DNA of 64,000 nt, taken from assembly GCA_965644295.1 (NCBI GenBank), contig CBFFRP010000214.1:26944-90943 (forward strand). The letters are read 5' to 3'. Shown here one piece after another: positions 1-10,737 of this stretch. Numbering within the stretch: position 1 is the first letter of the stretch; each line of letters starts with the position of its first letter. The position numbers and the translations under genes are program-made. Origin of the DNA: Paraphysomonas bandaiensis (Eukaryota > Protista > Chrysophyceae). Below the pieces are notes generated by a model that ran no database searches, was not told where the DNA came from, and was given only the letters and a program-made list of their open reading frames with translations.

Positions 1-1
1 G

Positions 2-537
2 GGAGCACTTAAAATCAAGGAGCTATGCTATTTGCATGCGGAAGGATTCAGTGGAGGGGCGTTAAAGCATGGTCCTTTTGCTCTCATTGAAGGCAACGAT
101 GGTGCAGATGGGGCAACACCATTGATTGCAATTATATTGGATGATGACCATGCAGGCTTGATGCGAACTGCGGCCGAAGAGGTACACTTTTATTCGTGTT
201 TAAATGGTTGTGTTAAATACTATTTTTACAGGTGAAGGCGAGAGGAGGTAAAGTATATGTCATTACAGACAACCCAACCCTTGCTGAGGGTATTGACCCT
301 AACCCTGTCATTATCCCGTCGAATGGTCCCCTTACAGCGTTGATTGCTGTGCTACCACTACAGGTATATAAGTTAGCTTATATGTGTACTGCAAAGAATA
401 AGTTTATGGGTAGATAAAGTATATTTAATGTTTCACTAATATTCTTTACGCAGTTAATTGCCTACGAGTTATCTATTCTCAAGGGAATTGACCCTGATGT
501 GCCTCGCAACTTAGCAAAGGCGGTTACAGTTGATTAA
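2..537 (+). CDS. GFA1: 3' end of glutamine:fructose-6-phosphate amidotransferase (GFAT/GlmS), SIS2 domain; 3 exons, 5' part outside window
   Basis: [15 protein letters not shown]...LKHGPFALI and the C-terminal signature [15 protein letters not shown]; GT-AG introns 182-231 and 364-453 join the exons in frame; TAA at 535-537. Confidence 0.95.
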
Positions 538-972
538 AATATTATTATACATATATTCTGTAACCTTGGTGTTGCTGTTATGCTTATTTAAGATGTTGCT
601 AATGTCGACAGTTATACATGTGAAGCTTTTCTGAAACTGACATTTGGATGGTGAAAGTTAATTGTCTTTGTGCATTTACATCAAGCTATATTTACTTCAG
701 CTCTATTTTATTTCATACTCGAGTATTCTACGAAGTATCATACTTCTGTTTAAATTGCGTGATTCGTATGAGACTAAGAACACGCAAGTAGCGGCTTTCA
801 CTTTGAATATAGAATATAGTAATAATATACAACTCATAATGAATTCGTTACAAAATGAATAACTGCACCAATGTCGTTATATGTAATGTGTCTGAAACTG
901 AAATGTATTGACTGTATAAGACTGCGTCAATATAAGATAGTATAAAAGTGGTTGGTAGTTGAATCGCTGAAT

Positions 973-1060
973 CCCTCAACAAAGTCGGACTCGCTCCTTT
1001 TCGTGGTGTTCTGGGGGATAAGTACCGGAGGTAATTCTCCAGGAAACTAACGTGAGCCCC
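973..1060 (+). ncRNA. Candidate HDV-like self-cleaving ribozyme (SR1 5' head)
   Basis: Order P1-P2-P3-L3(7 nt TTTTCGT)-P3'-P1'-GG-P4 (GGAG/CTCC)-AAACTAAC-P2' (GTGAG); P1 and P3 are imperfect in this copy. Confidence 0.55.
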
Positions 1061-1240
1061 ATATACAGCCAGCAGATATTATATTGTTCTGCCTACTCAT
1101 ATAGCCAAATGCTTGTGCGGTACGAGGGACACTAATAAGAGGTATCACTTGTATAGACCTGACGAATAAACAGGCATCCGGGACAGGGCCCACGTCAAGG
1201 GCATCCGGGGTACTGAGCTGCCTGCTGAAGTCAAGCATCA
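973..1240 (+). mobile_element. Short non-autonomous retroposon family (here SR1), 5' half
   Basis: Starts CCCTCAACAAAGTCGGACTCG; colinear with copies at 1820, 6654, 5975-6512(-) and 50751-51389(-). Confidence 0.85.
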
Positions 1241-1576
1241 TTTGATGGTGTAGTAGAAGATCATAATGTTGACAGTGACCTATCATTAAAGCCAGGAGAG
1301 TTCATATGTGACATATATATGATGCTGAAGATGACTTGAAGCAGTGATACCCACAGTTCATTCAGAGTTAAGCCCACGTCATGCCCTGTTGTGTCAGTTG
1401 CACTAGAAGAGGTTAAGCGTGATGTACATGTATATATGTAATTATTATACCAACGACAACAATGCCTAATTTATGTACGAATTTTAACTCCTCGCAGTTT
1501 GATATAATTTATATTACCTCAGAATCATTCTGTGGTGTGGGTGCAGCTGTTGTAGCTATAACAAGAGAGCGAGTCA

Positions 1577-1790
1577 GTGCTTAACTCTGATATCCTACTA
1601 TTGAACGCTACAAAAGCTGCCTGTGCGTCACCGCAAGAACCAAGGTGCAACCACTTTTGCACTTTGAGAAAACACAGTGGACAACAAGTAGAAAGTTGAT
1701 ATACCAGACATCTGACATCTGTTGACTTCAGGATTTTGATTCCTTCAGGTGAACATCCAGGGTGCATGACATCAGCAGGCAGCCTAGTAC
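1577..1790 (-). mobile_element. SR1 3' tail fragment
   Basis: Reverse complement contains GGTTGCACCTTGGTTCTTGCGGTGACGCACAGGCAGC...TAGTAGGATATCAGAG, as in other tails. Confidence 0.8.
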
Positions 1791-1819
1791 TACTTACAAT
1801 AATATTGTGGTACTATTGA

Positions 1820-2090
1820 CCCTCAACAAAGTCGGACTCACATCTTTTTGTGGTGTTCTGGGTAATTAGGATTATGGATTGTTGATTTCTCCAGGAAACT
1901 AACGTGAGCCACAAACATTTGCAGCAGATACATCAAAACCCAGGTTTTGGTATTACCTCGACTTTTTTCTGCCTACTCATAGCCTAATACTTGTGTGGTA
2001 CAAAAGGAACACTAAAATAAGTGTCACTTGTGTAGACGTCTTTGGGCCCTGACGAATAAACAGGCATCCAGGACAGAATGATAACCGGGG
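1820..2090 (+). mobile_element. SR1 5' half, diverged, with small insertion
   Basis: CCCTCAACAAAGTCGGACTCAC...GGAAACTAACGTGAGCC head followed by the shared body; an extra CCAGGTTTTGGTATTACCTCGACT motif sits at about 1940-1963. Confidence 0.8.
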
Positions 2091-2855
2091 TGTTTAAGAG
2101 TCTGAACTAATTTGTTGAGGGAACAGCTTATATATATAATATGAAATTTCAAGGCAAGTTCATTGGTATGTCAATATATACAAAGCATAGTTCCCTGGGT
2201 CACTATCATGACAATGTCAGTAGTTCTCACAATACAGTTAACCACTACTGTATTCTTCGATTAACGGCCATATTTCAAATACCTTAGAAATGCAGTTGTA
2301 ATTATTGCTATCAAACAGCAAAACCCGGTTTCAATTCCCTTACGTATAGATTCCATATTGTTTTGAAATAGCACTTTGATTTTTCTTTTGTTTACTAAAT
2401 TTTCTTCTGGGAACACATATTTCCTCCTCCAGCAAGCAAACTACCAATTGCCATACATTCTAGATATTAGGTTTTCAACATCATGAAAAAAAACTATTAT
2501 ACAATTCAACCTAAAGAGAAGGAGTATCGTCCCTTGTCCAATTAAAGTAAAACAGGGTTTTCGCCCTCGGTTCAAGATTTCACCTCCTTATTATATATGG
2601 TTAAATATAACTTACAACAACGTACTTGTACGAGTAAGGTACTTGTGGTACGATACAATTTAAATGACAATACATAACAAGTACGCAGAGTACATCTATA
2701 CTAATTAACAAATAAAAGTAAATATTTACATAATTATTATACAGTGCACTTCGTACTACATCTGTCAGCCAACAATAAGTTGTGATCATAAAAACACACA
2801 TGAGATACCTGTGAGTTGTAAGATACAATTAAATATATCTGCGAAGTAGAACGTG

Positions 2856-3920
2856 CTACATGCAAATTGATATATTCGGCAGTTCGTGGACTATTTTCTT
2901 TCTAGATGATCTACTTCGATCTAAACGTAATGATTGGAGCAATTTCAATAGCCGACCATTGGACAACGCGGCTTTGTGTTTGAGAAACATTTTCGACAAC
3001 AAGATATCCGGTGTTAAATTATCGATATCACATGTCGCCACATAATTTAGCAAACATCTTGCAGCTTGAATCTTTTGTTCTTTCGTGAACGACAGTATGC
3101 CATATCGCTTTTCCTTAGAACGTGAAGTGATATAAGCTTTTATTTTCTGTACGTATGATAGGCGGAAACTAACCAGGAGCTGAATATCGGTAATCATTGC
3201 AGCAATCGAATTCATAGAAATCGACAGGTCACCATGTACACTTTTGAGTAGGTTTTCGGCTTCTTTATACTTCATTAGGGCACCATCATAGACTCCTTTT
3301 CGTTTACTGATGTAACCCATGAATATAAGGGCTTCCGCAAGCTGACACGTAGTACCCGAACCTACATGTCTCGCTAAAATGTTTCGTACACGCTTGAAGC
3401 ATTCCATGGCGTTATCTGAATGGTCTAATGAGCAGTATACTCTACCGATACTGCATATAATACTAATATTGGACAAATCGTCCTCAGCGACAACCAGCTT
3501 TCGAGTGTGGAGTGCTTGTAGGCAATTCTCCAATGCTAACTCAGTCTTACCTTCATGCATATATATCTTTCCCAGAGCATGCATTGTATTCGAAATTGCC
3601 ACGTGATCATCTCCATAAGTTAACTGCGTCCTTAAGCACTCTTGGAGCCAGAATATAGAGGAAATATAATCTTTCTGTGCCACACGGACGGCAGCAATAC
3701 TATAAAGTGTTGATGCAATTGAAGCATAATCTTTGTGGTGTTTCTTGCATTTAATATCAAGAGATTCTTCAAATAGCTGTACGGCACGTATATACTTGTG
3801 TTCTGCGAAGTACTTCATTCCAAGCTGGTCCATCATATTCGTCACGATCCTGTGGCTTGGTGGGTATGTTTGTCTTACACTTGCTAATGATCGCTCCAGC
3901 TGATCGGTGTGAGTGGACAT
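2856..3920 (-). CDS. Intronless TPR-repeat protein (kinesin-light-chain-like TPRs) with an unusual C-terminal helical domain
   Basis: Repeats spaced about 42 aa, such as 'IASTLYSIAAVRVAQKDY' and 'ISNTMHALGKIYMHEGKTELALENCLQAL'; first ATG at 3920 with an in-frame stop just upstream; about 354 aa. Confidence 0.8.
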   Translation of the reverse strand: MSTHTDQLERSLASVRQTYPPSHRIVTNMMDQLGMKYFAEHKYIRAVQLFEESLDIKCKKHHKDYASIASTLYSIAAVRVAQKDYISSIFWLQECLRTQLTYGDDHVAISNTMHALGKIYMHEGKTELALENCLQALHTRKLVVAEDDLSNISIICSIGRVYCSLDHSDNAMECFKRVRNILARHVGSGTTCQLAEALIFMGYISKRKGVYDGALMKYKEAENLLKSVHGDLSISMNSIAAMITDIQLLVSFRLSYVQKIKAYITSRSKEKRYGILSFTKEQKIQAARCLLNYVATCDIDNLTPDILLSKMFLKHKAALSNGRLLKLLQSLRLDRSRSSRKKIVHELPNISICM

Positions 3921-4188
3921 TTTTGCCACGGTGAGCTGTCGCCGAAATCGTTGTGATCATGCAAAGGTAATTTCTCGCTCGAAAATTTAGTGGCAGTCGT
4001 TCTGAGCTAACGAGAGTGGTGCGGAAATATAACGTTCATTACACTGCACCCCTGCAGCCCATAGCCCGCCATAGCTATGCGTGACTGTCAAGTCCAGTGC
4101 ACTCGCCGTATTCCTGGTATACCGGTATACAGATGTCCCATCCCCTGCACTGCACATCAACTATAAAATTTTCACCTACATCGAAAAA

Positions 4189-4278
4189 CTCTAATTTCTT
4201 GTGTTTTATGCTCTAATTTCTTGAGTTTTACGTTCTATTTCTTGAGTTTTATGCTCTAATTTCTTGTGTTTTATGCTC
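4189..4278. repeat. Minisatellite, about 4 copies of a 21-22-bp unit CTCTAATTTCTTG(T/A)GTTTTATG
   Basis: Directly visible tandem copies in the divergent intergenic region. Confidence 0.9.
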
Positions 4279-4350
4279 CAGGTATACCGACTCTGCCTGC
4301 CTGTGTAGAAGTGCCCAGATATCTGGATATAGAAATGACTAACTGGGACT

Positions 4351-5856
4351 ATGATCCGCTGTATTGCTGTGCTATCTCTGGTATGGGCTGTGAGCGGGCA
4401 CAAGAGCAATGCTGCGGTCAAGCACTCAGGAGTATACAGCCCTAACCGCAATGAGCTGTATGCGGGGGCGTTTCTCATTAGCAAGTCACGCTTACTGCAG
4501 TCAGAAAATAATATTAGGGCGGCGTCTTATCCAGAGTCAATAGTTTTGAATGTGGTACTGAAGAATTGCCATAATTGTCGAACTCTTCTTACTCGAGATT
4601 ATCTGGACTTCTGCATTGAGCATTTGAGCTCTAGTAGTAACGTCGTGGGATACCTCCCTAAATCAGAACAAATAGAAGCAATGAAGTACTACAGCAAGAA
4701 TATGGCTCAGAATGTGGAAGATATTCGTGATAGCGTAATACTATCGAGACGTTCTAATTTTACCTTATCCAGCCTTACGATTGCTATGATTCCGTTTAGC
4801 GAAGGTATAGCTAATCCCGGAGGTCGCGAAGAGGAAGTCAATTTCCACCATCGTCTGATCCGGCGAAGTTACTTTCAAGCCACATTTTACTCGTTATACC
4901 GCTATTTCTCACGCGTTGTAGTGTATGTCTCATCTGCACATGACAAGGCCCTGGTGTTGCAGTGGGGCCTTCCCTATTACGCCCTGATCGACCTATCAGA
5001 TACTTTGTCGGACGTTTCGTTAGACAAATATTTCTTCTTTGACCCTGAAAAAAAAAATCCACGGCCTTTATCTCAGCTTTTACCCAAGTATGCGTTGCTA
5101 GATCTTATATCGAAGCTACGTAATGAGTGGTCGGGCTTTCAATATATCTACTATACAGAGGGCGATCAAGTTCTACATATGAGAAAGCAGAGAGCATTGT
5201 ATCATATGATGAACGTGACGTCAGGTGTGGTCATGTTTACTCCACATCGTATGCAGGTAAACCTTTCAACATTTTGAAGCGTATTGCGTGTGCTGTTGCT
5301 TTCTCTATGCTTTGTGTGGCAGCTCGTAGTACGTATGTGGTATGTGCAGGGAATAGTATGTGCTATATGGTATTGAGGCATGTATAAATGTAACTCTTTT
5401 GACGAAATCTAGACTATTCCCTTGTATCAAGCTGCTCCCCCTGAAATACAAGCCATCTGGAAACCAATGCAAAAAATTAGTGGGGTGGAACTTATTACGG
5501 AAAGGGTTGGGGACATTAGTAAGGGCAGTTGTTGTGATAGTGGGCGTATGCCCTTTGGAAATTGCGGTAACTGGTGGTACAATTGCCCCAAGTGGGGTTT
5601 AGTTAACCACACGACGTGGTTGAAGTTTGGTACCAGTGGATTCACTATGCCGCTGTCAACTGAGCATCAGGGTGTTTGCACGTATACTCCTCACATTACA
5701 CTGTGTAATATACCCGAAAATTGTGATAATCGCTTCCCAAGTGTGTTCTACAGTGGTAAATATCATGCAAGTTATTCTAGTGATCAAGCTTCTGATCTTA
5801 GCATGTCGGATATATGTGGAGAGGTGCCTTTCGAGAAGGTCAATGACCATACATAG
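4351..5856 (+). CDS. Signal-peptide/anchor protein of unknown function, possibly glycosyltransferase-like; 2 exons
   Basis: Hydrophobic N-terminus MIRCIAVLSLVWAVSG; intron 5257-5412 (CAG|GTAAAC...TCTAG|) joins the 308-aa and 144-aa ORFs in frame; 'YIYYTEGDQVL' resembles a DxD/ExD metal-binding strand; Cys-rich C-terminus. Confidence 0.65.
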
Positions 5857-5974
5857 TTGTTTTGTATTCCTGTTGTAGCTTCTAGGTTTTATATACAAAA
5901 TGTATCAGTAATTGACTTTTTGATTTACTCACTCAATAACCATCAATAAATTAAAATGTGATCAACATCACGAA

Positions 5975-6512
5975 TTAATATTAGCAATAGGCGTTTAGAA
6001 TCAGCACCAGCTTAGTAGCTAGATGAAATCTAGTCAAGCTAGATAGACATCTACCAGTACAAACTCTATTATCCTACTATTTACCGCTACGGACGCTGCT
6101 TGTGCGATTCTGCAAGCAACAAGGTGCAACCACTTTTGCACTTTCACTCAAAGCAAACACAGTGGACAACAAGTAGAATGTTGATATACCTGACATCTTC
6201 AGATTTCAGGAATTCTGAGTCCTTAAGGTGAACATCCAGGATGCTTGACTATATAGCACAATCACCCAACACCCTAGCTATTGAGGCTATTCAATTCCCG
6301 GATGCTTGTTTAGTTCAGGGCCCAAAGACGTCAACTACACAAGTGACACTTATTTTAGTGTTCCTTGTACCACACAAGCATTCGACTATGAGTAGGCAGA
6401 ACAATATCTGCTGTCTATGTTTGCGGCTAATGTTTGTTTGTTGTGAGAGAGAATCTCTCTAGTACTTACCCCCAGGACACCACGCAAAGGTGCGAGTCCG
6501 ACTTTGTTGAAG
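5975..6512 (-). mobile_element. SR1 near full-length copy (reverse)
   Basis: Head at 6423-6512 (rc CTTCAACAAAGTCGGACTCGCACCTTTGCGTGGTGTCCTGGGGG...), tail hairpin at about 6095-6133, terminus rc AACGCCTATTGCTAAT at about 5980-5995. Confidence 0.85.
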
Positions 6513-6653
6513 CTCAATATTATCATAATACTATTGTAAATAGTCACAATACTGAATTGTGGAGTTTAAGAGCCAGAACTAATTTAGCATTGAAATTCAC
6601 CTAAGTAGTAGTGTAGTAGTAGTGCTTAACTCTGATATCCTACTATATACTAG

Positions 6654-7156
6654 CCCTCAACAAAGTCGGACTCGCACCTTTTCGTGGTGTTCTGGGGGAT
6701 ATGTACCGGAAACTAACGTGAGCCGCAAACATAGTCAGCAGATATTCTTCTGCCCACTCATAGCCGAATGCTTGTGTGGTACAAGGGGCACCAGTAAGTG
6801 TCACTTGTGTAGACGCCTTTGGACCCTGACGAATAAACAGACATCCGGGAATGGGCCTACCTCAAGGGCATCCGGGACAGGGCCCACCTGAAGGGTAACC
6901 GGAGTATTGGGCTGCCTGCTGAAGTCAAGCATCCGGGATGTTCACCTTAAGAACTCAGAGCGGAAGTGGTCGCACCTTGGTGCTTGCGGCGACGCACAAG
7001 CAGCTTCCGTAGCGTTAAATAGTAGGATAAAGAAAGTGTGTACTGATTAGTTACAGGTAGAGATCTATCTAGTTTGTCTAGCATTCATCTAGCTACTAAG
7101 TTTGTCTAGCATTCATCTTATTAACGCCTATTATTGCTAATAATAAGACTTTCAAT
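6654..7156 (+). mobile_element. SR1 full-length copy (about 500 nt), nested in a reverse SR1 tail (about 6565-6650 plus 7176-7330)
   Basis: Runs from CCCTCAAC to ...TAATAAGACTTTCAAT; TATACTAG lies on both sides (6646-6653 and 7168-7175, after a short TA-rich tail); the flanks rejoin to match 1577-1660. Confidence 0.9.
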
Positions 7157-7569
7157 ATATACTATATTATACTAGAATGCTACAAAATCTGACTGTGCGT
7201 CACCGCAAGTACCAAGGTGAAACTTTTTGCACTTTCACTCAAAAAGCGAACGCCGTGATCATGCAGAATGTTGATATATACCTGACAACTTCTGGTGAGT
7301 GCAGGACATTTTAGTCCTGAAGGAGTTCGGCAACAAAACAACCCCGAAACCACACCAGTCTTTTGCATACCAGCATAACACATACATCTTCTGATATACT
7401 TAATCCGCACTATTGCTGATGTATGTGGAAACACTGCCACTAGTATGTAATATATTATATTATGGACTGCCAGGTAAGCGGCCCTGAGAAGCAAACACAA
7501 TGTATGTATATGTATCCAGTAGTGGATAGAGGCGAATATCTTCTACGAATGTTTACCTGCTCTTACCTA

Positions 7570-8710
7570 CACGTCCCATGCCCTGGGTACGCTCGCATCT
7601 AGAACGCGACACACCACAGACAAACCAAAACGGGTATCATCATTGGAAACCTCTTGACGATCTCATTGGAACCCGTAGTTACCAACACGTCCCCACGGCC
7701 AACGCTCATGGAAGACTTTCTCACTGCCGGACAGTGGCACTACTGGCTTCGCTACGCACACATATCTTCAATCCGACATCATAGGACCAGTCATTCTCGG
7801 GGATGCACTTGGCCTTATAGCTAAAAATATGACTTCCAACAATACATACATCACCACCCGTGGGACGGTGTCTACGGCCCCCTTTCAAATCGTGACCCCC
7901 TATACTGGACACAGAGCGGAGCCAGGCTACCACACAAACTCCTTCCTCTAAGCACACACAACACCCCCCGACTGTTCGACTCTATCCCCGATCGTATCCG
8001 AGAAACTGCTGGCTATGTCTGGGACAAGTCATACACAAATGGCTGGAACAGAGCAAACGGAAAACAAGGGAATGAAGCCACTGCAGAGCAGCGACATGTA
8101 CCGACTGCAACCATGTCCACATATTATGGTCCTAAAGTGCCCTCTCACCACGACCTCGCACAAGTTAGAGAAGAGATTTATCACCAACACCGCCAGGCCC
8201 TTGACAATGGCAGGAACACCACAGTCCTCCGTCCATGGTTCTCCAATGCTCTCTCACCAAAATCTCCTCCGCAGCCTGGAATCCCAGCCAATACTCCCCA
8301 ACAAGTTGAGAGATACTGGAGAGGTGACATCACAGCCTCCCAACTAGCAAACGCATTCGGCCACCGCATCTCCACTACCATATACTAAAACCTCAGGAGT
8401 TCCATCAGCTCAAAACATTGATAATAAAAATACTGCGACCACTTTGCAATGGCGGCCTCAGCATGCTCAAGGAGAGAGGAAGGCGGCATATCAATACTCA
8501 TATATTCACCACATTCCCCACGCGGTCTCAACTACCTACAGCACTCTCCTATTCCCCTCACCACACCATTTCGTCTCGCCTCATGACTCCGCCGCGCATA
8601 GTCCCAACCTCTAGTACAACAGAGGTGTTACCTAAAGGTGTTGCCCCCTTGACGGAACGGTTGCACCATGGTGCTCGCAGCAATGCACAAGTAGTTCCGG
8701 GGCGCTAAAA
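7570..8710 (+). mobile_element. Decayed 3' portion of a non-LTR retrotransposon (RNase H C-terminal motif, CCHC finger, 3' tail)
   Basis: WVRSH...GN-LL-(A)D (frameshifted) RNase HI motif; C-x2-C...H-x4-C remnant at about 8097-8140; 'PQQVERYWRGDITASQLANAFG' matches 26510-26575(-); ends in the same GNRA hairpin as SR1. Confidence 0.7.
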
Positions 8711-9867
8711 GATAGATAGGATGATCTCGCTCGTTACCGACAGTAGCACTGAAATAAAGAATTTTTAGATGTAGATTATAACATCATTACTGTTATTGTT
8801 ATTCGTGCACCAATATACTGTGTGTGGTATAAATTAGCCGCATTCTATTATCAGACTAGTAACAATATAATATCTAGATGTAGTAGAAAACCAACAGCTT
8901 ATAAGCACTTATAGTATCTGGTCTAGAAATAATATAATAGACATAAAATTATAGATACATGCCAGCGCTTCATAACTGATAAGAGATAGATGTTCATATT
9001 TGGCACAGTTCTCTAGTCAATGATAACACTTACACATGCTTGGCAATTAACGACACCTCTAATACCGTAATAACAAGAAATTAGAGTCCACTGCACGCAA
9101 CAGGGAATATGAAGACCATATACACAGGCATCAACAGCCTCAGAACAAGATGAATGGATCCACAGGTGATACTAAAATGTGTGCATAATATTACATATTA
9201 TTATACTATGTAGACAACACAATATAATATATGTATTCATGACAACATTGTCATATATATATATTATATATATACAACATGCAGAACGTGCTTATGACAA
9301 GACATGGATCCTATACAGGCCCGTGAACGCTATGCTATAGCATGGTGATAAGAGTGTAATAAAGGGCATATAAGGAATATGCATACATATGGAGATAGTA
9401 CAATGTATGAATTATTAATGAATGTGCTCTATTGAAGTCTAATAATTCCTCCTATCTGCAGCTAGAGAAGAAACAGTACCAATACAGCGTATGATGTACG
9501 TGTATATATATATTATATAATATGTGTATAGTAGCGTGCATAATACAATGACGACGAATGTTAGTTTGGTGTAAGCGCATACAATGTATGTGGTGCATAC
9601 ATATAGCAGTAATGTAATGCGAGTGACGTAATAAGTGTGATAATTAACGCTCCAACCGAATAGCCTGATTTTGGATACAACATACATTGCATACGCATAA
9701 TAATATAATAATATAGCTATCTTCACCACTACTACATCATGCATGCAATAACACACCTACTACTTACAGTTGTGTACTATTATTCATAGATGTGTATGAT
9801 TTAGGGGACGTTGTACAGCATGGCAAGTGAACGGAGTGATCTAAGCCTACACTACCACACTGCAACG

Positions 9868-10340
9868 CTTAAGAATACACACACAATTTGTGCAATTTGC
9901 ATCGGGAACTGCCTTACGTGCCTCACGGCAGGCACCAGGGAAAGCAGCAATATACCCTTCTGAGTTTGGTAATCTGGTGACCTTCCCTTAAGTGTTATGC
10001 CAAGTGGCTCGGAGGTATGCAGAAGGTATTGATCTACTGTGAAGAAGCGTTGGAATCGGCTCTTTCGCTGTCTTAGCCAGTAGCGGAGAACACATACGGA
10101 AGAAAGGGGAAAGTTGGACACTAGTGGGATACGAGAGTTTTCCGGTATGTCCAGCAACGGGGACGGAGTCGAGAGCTGATATTATGAATGTTGTGTGTGT
10201 GATAGGAGGCACACATCCTGATAAGCACAATGTGACCCAAACCCTAAGGAACTGGGTGCCACTGCTCCTAACCACCTATACAGCATTATATATGGCACTT
10301 AAACTCTCCTGTAATATTCTTGGAGCTGTCTCAAAGTCCA
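9868..10340. repeat. Dispersed repeat with a decayed unknown ORF; second copy inverted at about 31030-31513
   Basis: rc of 9868-9968 closely matches 31415-31514; both copies encode 'IGSFA(V/A)LASSGEHIRKKG(E/D)SWT'. Confidence 0.75.
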
Positions 10341-10737
10341 GGTTATGAAGATAAATCGGTTGCACTGACAATACAATGAAATCTCATACAAATGACTGTC
10401 AAGATCAGAATTATAGTAAAAGTGAGTCTCTGTTGAACCGAATATTGAAGTTGACTGTTGCATTTGCCTGGTGCTGATATGAGCGCTCTGTTGAGCCTAA
10501 TTTAAGTCAAAAAATGTTTTTTTGAGTCAAAATGGGGATAATACATAATAAATGCAACATATTTTTACCTCCCCCCTAGTGACTACAAATCCATATAGCT
10601 TTATAACTTACCGCTGCTCCGTTAATAACAGTATACTTTGCTTTAATTATATAGGTATAATATATATATACATGTGTACATAACAACATTATTATTCGAC
10701 TTCGCGCAATGATATATCAACTTAGTACTGTCACCTA

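Noticed and set aside
6820-6900. CTGACGA in the SR1 body as a hammerhead ribozyme core
   Set aside because: No stem II followed by GAAA and no matching stems I/III were found in any copy.
6654-7156. SR1 as an IS200/IS605, Fanzor omega-RNA or Helitron derivative
   Set aside because: No TnpB/Fanzor or HUH ORF is present in the window; 5'-truncated copies and tails shared with RNase H/CCHC-bearing remnants fit non-LTR retroposition better.
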